The notes under the pieces are model-generated. The model saw only the letters and a program-made list of their open reading frames with translations, ran no database searches and was not told the DNA's origin. A program made the position numbers and the translations under genes. From the NCBI GenBank assembly GCA_965223845.1, contig CBDCXR010000004.1:1728001-1792000 (forward strand): a stretch of 64,000 bases of DNA, in the 5' to 3' direction. The DNA is from Planctomycetota bacterium (GTDB lineage: Bacteria; Planctomycetota; UBA8108; SXIK01). Positions 56,596-64,000 of this stretch are shown in pieces. Position 1 is the stretch's first letter; every line of letters begins with the position of its first letter.

Positions 56596-58215
56596 ATGAG
56601 GTATCTCTCGAGTCGCACCGTCGGTGGCTGGATCGCCGCCGCTCTGGTTTTCGCGGTGGCCATCGGCTGCCATTCGTCGGCGAGCGTCGAGGATGTCGAC
56701 GCGGCCGAGTCCGCGTCCGAGTCGGCCGGCGATGGCGATGCGGAATCGGCGGCCGTCGAGGTCGCTTCCGATGCCGCTTCTTCGAATTCGGCCGGCGGGA
56801 CCAACGCCGAACCGGAGCCCACCCCTGAACCTGCTCCCGCGCGAACGGACTGGACGATGTGGGGTGGCACACCCGGGCGGAACATGATCAACACCGTCGC
56901 GAAGAACATCCCCGCCGAGTGGGACCTCGAATCGAAGAAGAACATCCTCTGGGCGCAGGCGCTCGGCTCGCAGTCCTACGGGAACACGGTCGTTCACGAC
57001 GGCAGGATCTTCATCGGCACGAACAACGAAGGCCACCGGAACCCGGAAATCAAGGGCGACAAGGGCGTGATCATGTGCTTTCGGGAGAAGGACGGCGAGT
57101 TCCTTTGGCAGATGGTGCACGACAAGCTGGAAGCGGGGCGAGTGAACGACTGGCCGGAGCAGGGGATTTGCTCGTCACCGGTTTGCGAGGACGGCCGGAT
57201 CTACTACGTGAGCAACCGCGCCGAGGTCGTGTGCGCCGACGTCGAGGGGTTCCTCGACGGCGAAAACGATGGACCCTACAAGGACGAAAAGTACACGAGC
57301 AAGATCGACGGAGACGCCATCTGGGTCTTCGACATGATGGACGAGCTCGGAGTCTTTCCTCACAATCTCGCGACCTGCTCTCCGCTCGTCATCGGTGACC
57401 TCATCTTCGTGATCACTTCGAACGGAGTCGAGCGCGACCACATTACGATCCCGAACCCGCGCGCGCCGAGCCTCCTCGCGCTCGATAAGAATACGGGCGA
57501 GCTGAAGTGGGATCGCGCCGATCCCGGCGAGGACATCCTGCACGGGCAGTGGTCGGCACCCTCCTTCATTCGAGCGGGAGGGAAGGACCAGATCATCTTC
57601 CCGGCGGGAGACGGCTGGGTCCGCAGCCACAAACCGGAAGACGGCGAGATCATTTGGGAATTCGATACCAACCCGAAAGACTCCGTGTGGGAGCTCGGAG
57701 GTCGCGGCACCCGCAACAACTTGATCTCGACCGCGGCGTGCGTCGACGGAGTGGTCTACATCGCGGTCGGACAGGATCCCGAGCACGGTGAGGGAATCGG
57801 CCATCTCTACGCGATCGACGCATCGAAGACGGGCGATATCACCGAGTCCGGAAAGCTCTGGCACTACGGGGGCAAGGAGTTCAAGCGAACGATCTCCTCG
57901 TTTGCGGTCGCGGACGGCCTCGTCTACGCGGCGGACTTGAGCGGATTCCTCCACTGCATCGACGCGTCGACCGGCCGTCCGTACTGGATTCACGATACCT
58001 TCGCCGCCGTCTGGGGCTCGCCGACGGTCATCGACGGCAAGGTGTTTCTCGGCGACGAGGACGGCGACGTCGTCGTGCTGCGCCACAGCAAGGACGCGAA
58101 GGAAGTCCTCTTCGAGACGAACATGGAGGACTCCGTCTACACGACACCGATCGTCGCCAACGGAATCCTCTACATCTCGACGCGTACGCACCTGTACGCG
58201 ATCGGAGCGAAGTAG
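56596..58215 (+). CDS. PQQ-like beta-propeller lipoprotein
   Basis: Lipobox AIGC, acidic linker, WTMWGGTPGRNM, LGSQSYG, GICSSP and WGSP blades. Confidence 0.85.
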   Translation: MRYLSSRTVGGWIAAALVFAVAIGCHSSASVEDVDAAESASESAGDGDAESAAVEVASDAASSNSAGGTNAEPEPTPEPAPARTDWTMWGGTPGRNMINTVAKNIPAEWDLESKKNILWAQALGSQSYGNTVVHDGRIFIGTNNEGHRNPEIKGDKGVIMCFREKDGEFLWQMVHDKLEAGRVNDWPEQGICSSPVCEDGRIYYVSNRAEVVCADVEGFLDGENDGPYKDEKYTSKIDGDAIWVFDMMDELGVFPHNLATCSPLVIGDLIFVITSNGVERDHITIPNPRAPSLLALDKNTGELKWDRADPGEDILHGQWSAPSFIRAGGKDQIIFPAGDGWVRSHKPEDGEIIWEFDTNPKDSVWELGGRGTRNNLISTAACVDGVVYIAVGQDPEHGEGIGHLYAIDASKTGDITESGKLWHYGGKEFKRTISSFAVADGLVYAADLSGFLHCIDASTGRPYWIHDTFAAVWGSPTVIDGKVFLGDEDGDVVVLRHSKDAKEVLFETNMEDSVYTTPIVANGILYISTRTHLYAIGAK

Positions 58216-58275
58216 CGCTGATCCTGTCCTCGAGAACACCTCCTTACGGCGCGCCCGCCGCCTCCCGAGTACATC

Positions 58276-59379
58276 ATGACGAATGACGTTAGAGAACTGA
58301 CGGCTCCCGCGTCCGAGGAGCAGATCCGTACCGCCCGGGAACGCCTCGACGCTTGGGTTGTCGAGGTCGTCGACTGGCACTTCGATCCCGCGACGGGCTG
58401 TCCGTTTTGGCTCGACTACGCATCGAAGCTCGATTGGGATCCGCGAAAAGAGGTGCGCTGCTTCGCCGATCTCAACAAATTCGACGAGTTCGAGGACGAG
58501 TGGCTCCGAGGCGGTCCGGTCCAGCGCTGGGTTCCGAAGGGACTCGAAGGAAAACCCGTCTACGTGTTCGAAACGGGTGGGACGACCGGCGTTCCGAAGT
58601 CACGCATCAACATCGAAGACTTCCGCACCGACTACTCGATGTTCAGTGAGACGCTCTCGGACGACGGCTTCCCGCGCGGCGCCGATTGGCTGTCGCTCGG
58701 GCCGACCGGTCCACGGCGACTTCGCCTCGCGGTCGAGCACCTAGCCCAGGTGCGCGGAGGCATCTGTTTCTGCCTCGACATGGACCCACGCTGGTTCACG
58801 AAGTGTCTCAAGCGAGGCTGGCTCGACGTCGCCGAGGCGTACAAGACTCACGTGATCGACCAAGCTCTCACGCTTCTCAAGGCGCACGAGAACATTCAGT
58901 GTCTCTTCACGACGCCGAAGCTGCTCGAGGCGCTCTGCGAGAAGATCTCGCTCAAGCAGGTCGGCATCAAAGGCATATTCTGCGGCGGCACGCAGATGAC
59001 TCCCCAGTTCCATCGTTTCGCGCGAGAGGAGCTCCTCGAGGGCGTCGAGTTCGTCCCGACCTACGGGAACACGCTCATGGGGCTCGCGTGTCACAAGCCG
59101 TACATTCCGGAGGACGACTACGCGATCATCTACTTCCCACCGCATCCGCGAGCCGTTCTCTCGGTGGTGGATCCCGACGATCCGAAGCGCGACGTCGATG
59201 TGGGCGGAGTGGGCCGCGTGAAGCTCACCACGCTCACCAAGGAGTTTTTCGTACCGGGCTTTCTCGAGCGCGACGAAGCCGAACTCGTCGGACCGATCGC
59301 AAGATACCCCTGGCCGGGAGTGAAGAACGTCCGTCCGTTCTCCCGCTTCCAAACGGCCGTGATCGAGGGAGTTTACTGA
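58276..59379 (+). CDS. GriC/EhpF/LuxE-like short adenylate-forming enzyme
   Basis: WHFDPATGCPFW, AMP-binding loop FETGGTTGVPK, YGNTL and FLERD. At 367 aa it lacks the usual ANL C-terminal domain. Confidence 0.7.
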   Translation: MTNDVRELTAPASEEQIRTARERLDAWVVEVVDWHFDPATGCPFWLDYASKLDWDPRKEVRCFADLNKFDEFEDEWLRGGPVQRWVPKGLEGKPVYVFETGGTTGVPKSRINIEDFRTDYSMFSETLSDDGFPRGADWLSLGPTGPRRLRLAVEHLAQVRGGICFCLDMDPRWFTKCLKRGWLDVAEAYKTHVIDQALTLLKAHENIQCLFTTPKLLEALCEKISLKQVGIKGIFCGGTQMTPQFHRFAREELLEGVEFVPTYGNTLMGLACHKPYIPEDDYAIIYFPPHPRAVLSVVDPDDPKRDVDVGGVGRVKLTTLTKEFFVPGFLERDEAELVGPIARYPWPGVKNVRPFSRFQTAVIEGVY

Positions 59380-59382
59380 GCG

Positions 59383-60801
59383 ATGCTTCACATTCCGATC
59401 CTCCGCGGCGGCCGGCCCTACGAGAGTATCGACAAGACCGAAGTGCGGGACTACCGAACGGGCGAGCCCGTCGCGATGCTCAGCGTCGCGAACGGTGGGC
59501 TCATTTCGCGTGACCTCCGCGACCAGAGCATCGCGACGAGCCCACTTCGCCACGTGTCGACGACCGAGCTGATCTCCCGCACGCAGGAAGCGGCGGAGCA
59601 TTTCCTTCACGGTGAGCTTCCGCTCGGGGACTCCACGCAGAGCTACGACGACTACATCGAGCAGCTCTCGTGGACGACGGGATTGCCGAAGACTCTCTGC
59701 CGAGCGAATGCGGAAAAGATCTACCATGTGATGGCGAAGATCGACGAGGTGCTCGGAGGGCTCACGCGAGGCCTTGACCTCTCGATCCTCGATCGCGGCT
59801 TCGGCGAGCAGAACGGACGGACTCTCTGCTTCATGCAGCAGGCGCGCACGCTCGGTGCGGTTCTTCCGAGCAACTCGCCCGGAGTTCATTCGCTGTGGGT
59901 GCCGGCGATCGCTCTCAAGGCGTGCCTCTGCCTGAAGCCGGGGCGGGAGGAGCCGTGGTCTCCGTACCGAGTGCTCCAGGCCTTCCTCAAGGCGGGGATC
60001 CCGGGCGATGCGTGCGGTTTCTATCCGACGACGCACGACGGTGCGCGCGAGATTCTCATGCGTTCCGGTCGCGCGATGGTGTTCGGCGACGCGTCGACGA
60101 CCCGACAGTGGGAAAACAATCCCGCCGTCCAGGTTCACGGACCTGGTTTCAGCAAGGTGATCTTCGGGCCGGATACCGCCGCGAGTTGGCGCGAGCATCT
60201 CGATGTCCTCGCCGAGTCGGTGGCCCTCAACGGCGGACGCTCCTGCATCAATGCCTCGGCGATCTGGACGCCTTCGCACGGACGCGAGCTCGCCGCTGCG
60301 CTCGCCGAACGCCTGGCGTCGATCGCGCCGCGTCCGGCAGACGATCCCGCCGCGGAGCTCCCGGCCTTCGTGAACCCGAAGTTCGCGGAGATGATGGACG
60401 CCGCGATCACGGCTGGTCTCGGAACGCCGGGCGCCGAGGACTTGTCGCTCGCTCACCGGCCGGAGCGCCTCGTTCGACAAGACGGCTGCACGTATCTACT
60501 CCCAACGGTGATTTGGTGCCGCGATCGCGAGCATCCACTGGCGGGGAAGGAGTTTCTCTTCCCGTACGTCGCGGTCGTCGAGTGTCCACCGGAGGACATG
60601 CTCGAAAGCATCGGCCCCACTCTCGTCGCGACCGTCATCACGGATGATCCCGCGCTGAAGGCCGCTCTCATGACTTGCCCGCACGTCGACCGCCTCAACA
60701 TCGGCCCTCAGCCGACCTGCCGCATCAGCTGGGATCAACCGCACGAAGGGAATCTCTTCGAGCACCTCTACCGCCAGCGCGCGTTCCAGTACGTGGCGTA
60801 G
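59383..60801 (+). CDS. Aldehyde dehydrogenase-fold acyl reductase (GriD/LuxC-like)
   Basis: LPSNSPG, LKPG, HGPGFSK in place of ELGG, catalytic NGGRSCINAS and EFLFP. Starts 3 nt after the preceding stop. Confidence 0.8.
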   Translation: MLHIPILRGGRPYESIDKTEVRDYRTGEPVAMLSVANGGLISRDLRDQSIATSPLRHVSTTELISRTQEAAEHFLHGELPLGDSTQSYDDYIEQLSWTTGLPKTLCRANAEKIYHVMAKIDEVLGGLTRGLDLSILDRGFGEQNGRTLCFMQQARTLGAVLPSNSPGVHSLWVPAIALKACLCLKPGREEPWSPYRVLQAFLKAGIPGDACGFYPTTHDGAREILMRSGRAMVFGDASTTRQWENNPAVQVHGPGFSKVIFGPDTAASWREHLDVLAESVALNGGRSCINASAIWTPSHGRELAAALAERLASIAPRPADDPAAELPAFVNPKFAEMMDAAITAGLGTPGAEDLSLAHRPERLVRQDGCTYLLPTVIWCRDREHPLAGKEFLFPYVAVVECPPEDMLESIGPTLVATVITDDPALKAALMTCPHVDRLNIGPQPTCRISWDQPHEGNLFEHLYRQRAFQYVA

Positions 60802-60825
60802 ACGAAGCCCGAGTACGCCGCACCC

Positions 60826-61989
60826 ATGTCGAAATCGATTCTCGATCGCCTCCACTTCCAGTACGCACCGAGGACGCGGATCCTCTTCGGGAACGGAACG
60901 ATCGACGAGCTCGGTCCGACGGCAGTACTCGAAGGCGGGACGAGCGTCCTCCTCGTCACCGACCCGGGAATCGAACGCGCCGGCCACGTCGCCCGCGCCG
61001 TCGCCAGCCTCGACGCGGCGGGGGTTCGCACGCGCGTCTTCAGCGGAGTCGCGGAGAATCCGACCTCGAATCACGTCGCGGAAGGCGTCCAGTTCGCGCA
61101 GCGAGAGGCGTTCGACATGATCGTCGGACTCGGTGGCGGAAGCGCGATGGATTGCGCGAAGGGGATCAACTTCATCCACTCGTGCGGCGGCACGATGCGC
61201 GATTACCTCGGGGTCGGCAAGGCGACCGGACCGATGCTGCCGATGATCGCCGTGCCGACCACCGCCGGAACGGGGAGCGAGTCCCAGTCCTTCGCCCTGA
61301 TCTCCGATCCGGACACGCACCAGAAGATGGCCTGCGGCGACTCACGGGCGGCATTCCGAGTCGCTATCCTCGATCCTCTGCTGACGTTGTCGCAACCGAA
61401 CGCGGTCACGGCAGCGACCGGGATCGACGCACTAGCGCACGCGGTCGAGAGCTTCGTGACGACGAAGCGCACCCCGTTCTCAGAGGTGTTTTCGCGAGAA
61501 GCCTTCCGGTTGATCGCGGGGAGCCTCGAGCGAGTCCTCGAAGCACCCGATGACGTGGACGCCCGCGGCCGGATGCAGCTCGGCGCGACGTTCGCCGGCA
61601 TCGGAATCGAAAACTCGATGCTCGGGGCAACCCACTCGGCCGCGAATCCCGTCACGGCGCATTACGGCACCGTGCACGGCGTTGCGATCGGAATTCTTCT
61701 TCCTCACGTCGTCCGCTACAACGCGCCCGACGTCGGCGAACGCTACGCCGAGCTCGCGGCGCTCGCCGGGGTTCAAGTCGACGAGCTCGGGGCCGGCGCG
61801 GCGCTCGCGGGGCTTCTCGAGCGCATCCACGGGAGGACCGGACTTTCAGCGCGACTCGGTGATTGCGGGGTGACGGCGGACGCCGTCGCCGCGCTCGCCG
61901 CGGAGGCCGCGACGCAGTGGACGGCGCAGTTCAACCCGCGTCCGATCTCGAGTCCCGATTTCGAGGAGATCTATCGATGCGCTCTGTGA
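60826..61989 (+). CDS. Iron-containing alcohol dehydrogenase
   Basis: LGGGSAMDCAK, PTTAGTGSE, DALAHAVE, THS and HGVAIG. Confidence 0.92.
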   Translation: MSKSILDRLHFQYAPRTRILFGNGTIDELGPTAVLEGGTSVLLVTDPGIERAGHVARAVASLDAAGVRTRVFSGVAENPTSNHVAEGVQFAQREAFDMIVGLGGGSAMDCAKGINFIHSCGGTMRDYLGVGKATGPMLPMIAVPTTAGTGSESQSFALISDPDTHQKMACGDSRAAFRVAILDPLLTLSQPNAVTAATGIDALAHAVESFVTTKRTPFSEVFSREAFRLIAGSLERVLEAPDDVDARGRMQLGATFAGIGIENSMLGATHSAANPVTAHYGTVHGVAIGILLPHVVRYNAPDVGERYAELAALAGVQVDELGAGAALAGLLERIHGRTGLSARLGDCGVTADAVAALAAEAATQWTAQFNPRPISSPDFEEIYRCAL

Positions 61990-63443
61990 ATCGTTGCGCC
62001 CGGATCTGGATCGCGGGTCTCTGGCTCGCCGGTGGTGCGGGGATCTCCATCGCTCTTTCCTGCGGCGAGAGCGCTCCGCTCGTCGAACCGGCGGACGATC
62101 GACCCGAGCGCGAATCTACCGGTGCGAAGTCGGATGCCGGCGCCGCGTCGAGTCTCTTCGCGGGGGCCGAACCCTACACGGCCGACTGGCCGACGTTTCG
62201 GGGCGACCCGATGCTGCGCGGGTATCGCACCGGCCGCGTCGCGCGCGAACCGAAGCTTCTCTGGACATACGAGATCGACACCTACATCGAGTCGACGCCA
62301 GCCATCGTGGGGGACACCGTCTATGTCGGCACCGACGACCAGGGTCTACTCGCCCTCCGCCTTTCGCCGACGTCGAAGAGCGGCGAGCTCCGTTGGAAGT
62401 ACCCGGTCGAGCTGTCGATCCGCTCGTCTCCTTCGGTCCGCGACGGACGAGTGTACGTGACCTGCGACGAGGGATATCTCCACTGCGTCGATGCCGACTC
62501 CGGGGAACGGATCTGGCGCTTCGATACGGAGAGCGGAACGGAGACCCCGTCGTCTCCTCAATTCGCGGGCGACCTCGTTCTTTTCGGTTCGTACGACGCG
62601 TATCTCTACGCCGTGAACGCGACGAGCGGAAAGCTCGCGTGGAAGGTCGAGACGCTCGGTCCGATCCACTGCACTCCCGCCATCGCGAACGGCTACACCT
62701 TCGTCGCCGGCTGCGACGAGTCGCTCCGGGTGATTTCCTTCGCCGAGCGCGCTTGCGTCGGCGCGGCTCCGCTCGGTGCCTACAGTGCTGCGTCGCCGGC
62801 GATTCTCGGTGACCGCTTGTTCGTCGGAACCTACGCCAACCAGTTCGTCGCAGTCGACTGGAGGCGCGAGGGGAAGATCACTCTGCCCCCTCCGGAGGAC
62901 GATTTCGCCGTCGCGAGCACGTCGAACTCCGCCTCGGACGAACGCCCGTCGACGACCCCAGCACCCAGTCCGTCTCCGGCTCCGGCCCCCAGTCCCGCTC
63001 CGGCCCCGACCGCGGAGAAAGCCACACCGGACGTCTCGTCTCCCGTCGCGTGGGTCTACGAGCACGCGCGGCGCAAGTTCCCCTACCACGCGAGCGCCGC
63101 GATCGCTCCGATCGCGACCGCAGAAGGCGCGCCCGCGCGGACCGTCGTGATCGCGCCGGGACGGGACAAGCTCGTTCACTGCCTCGACGCGAACACCGGC
63201 GACCACCTCTGGGACTTTCCCACTCGGGCCCGCATCGACGCCTCTCCGGTCATCGTCGGGGAGACGGCGATCGTGTGTGGACTCGACGGGCGCGTCTACT
63301 TCCTCTCGGCGCGTTCCGGCGAGCTCGAATGGAGTTTCAACGCGGGGTCCCCTTTCCGGGCCTCGCCGGCCGTCGCGAGAGGTCGGCTCGTCGTCGCTTC
63401 GGACGAGGGACTCATCCACTGCTTCGATCTCACACCGCGTTGA
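61977..63443 (+). CDS. PQQ-like (BamB-like) beta-propeller lipoprotein
   Basis: Lipobox ALSC, DWPTFRGD and repeated S.P...G...W blades. Start overlaps the ADH stop (ATG 61977 or GTG 61986). Confidence 0.85.
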   Translation: MRSVNRCARIWIAGLWLAGGAGISIALSCGESAPLVEPADDRPERESTGAKSDAGAASSLFAGAEPYTADWPTFRGDPMLRGYRTGRVAREPKLLWTYEIDTYIESTPAIVGDTVYVGTDDQGLLALRLSPTSKSGELRWKYPVELSIRSSPSVRDGRVYVTCDEGYLHCVDADSGERIWRFDTESGTETPSSPQFAGDLVLFGSYDAYLYAVNATSGKLAWKVETLGPIHCTPAIANGYTFVAGCDESLRVISFAERACVGAAPLGAYSAASPAILGDRLFVGTYANQFVAVDWRREGKITLPPPEDDFAVASTSNSASDERPSTTPAPSPSPAPAPSPAPAPTAEKATPDVSSPVAWVYEHARRKFPYHASAAIAPIATAEGAPARTVVIAPGRDKLVHCLDANTGDHLWDFPTRARIDASPVIVGETAIVCGLDGRVYFLSARSGELEWSFNAGSPFRASPAVARGRLVVASDEGLIHCFDLTPR

Positions 63444-63477
63444 CGCCGTCCGCAGAGCGAGGGTGGACTCGCGAACG

Positions 63478-64000
63478 ATGAACATCGCTCTCGTAGCGGC
63501 CGGAGCGGCCGGGATGTACTGCGGCAGTTGCCTCCGCGACAACGCGCTCGCGCTCGCGCTCGTCGATCTCGGTCACGGCGTCACCTTCGTTCCGACGTAC
63601 ACTCCGCTCCGTGTCGACGGACGAGCGGCGCCGGCGGAGCGCGTGTTCCTCAATGGACTGCAGGTGTACGCGGAAAACTCGCTCGGAATCGCTCGACGCG
63701 CAGGGTGGTTCCGCCGTCTTCTCGGCTCGAACGCGCTTCTCCGCTGGGTGTCGCGGCTCGCCGTTGACAACGATCCACGGAAGCTCGGCTCGCTCACGGT
63801 TTCGATGCTCCGAGGGACGGACGGGAACCAGCGAACGAGCTGTCTCGAGCTCGTCGACTGGCTCGCGGCAAACGTCCGCGCGGACGTGATCCACCTCAGC
63901 AATCTTCTCCTCACCGGCCTCGCGCCGGCGCTTCGGGCCCGGCTCGGGGTACCGATGACCTGCGGACTCACGGGCGAGGATCAGTTCGTCGAGAACATTC
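63478..64000 (+). CDS. Glycosyltransferase family 4 with N-terminal MYCGSC motif (partial)
   Basis: Not in the ORF track because it has no stop in the window. Hand translation: MNIALVAAGAAGMYCGSCLRDNALALALVDLGHGVTFVPTYTP...ADVIHLSNLLL...LTGEDQF. The family call rests on the N-terminal domain only. Confidence 0.7.
   Translation, partial: MNIALVAAGAAGMYCGSCLRDNALALALVDLGHGVTFVPTYTPLRVDGRAAPAERVFLNGLQVYAENSLGIARRAGWFRRLLGSNALLRWVSRLAVDNDPRKLGSLTVSMLRGTDGNQRTSCLELVDWLAANVRADVIHLSNLLLTGLAPALRARLGVPMTCGLTGEDQFVENI

Noticed and set aside
58276-60801. Bioluminescence (lux) or phenazine cluster
   Set aside because: No luciferase, luxD or phz core genes in the window; only the reductase-like pair is present

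Overview
High-GC chromosomal window. Its gene content suggests an uncultured Planctomycetota-like bacterium (inference): PQQ-like beta-propellers, dockerin-like C-termini, LamG/CotH/lamin-tail exoproteins and a Tat-exported aldo/keto reductase. Recognisable blocks are a pdhA-pdhB-pdhC-lpdA operon, an alkaline phosphatase, an NhaR-centred module (antiporter, Zn-ribbon protein, HPF/RaiA-like protein), three large secreted LamG/CotH proteins with dockerin-like tails, a fused E1alpha/beta-DegT-PhyH run behind a long structured leader, hisN, a DksA/TraR-like gene whose stop codon lies inside a 6x14-bp tandem repeat, an extended RarA, fadN-fadA and a PaaK-like ligase. The best candidate for an undescribed system is the operon at 54278-64000. 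It joins a GriC/EhpF-like adenylating enzyme, a GriD/LuxC-like acylating reductase, an Fe-alcohol dehydrogenase and a CxxC-bearing GT4 to three exported PQQ-like beta-propellers. No rRNA, tRNA, CRISPR array or mobile element was recognised. All assignments come from reading motifs by eye; no database search was run.
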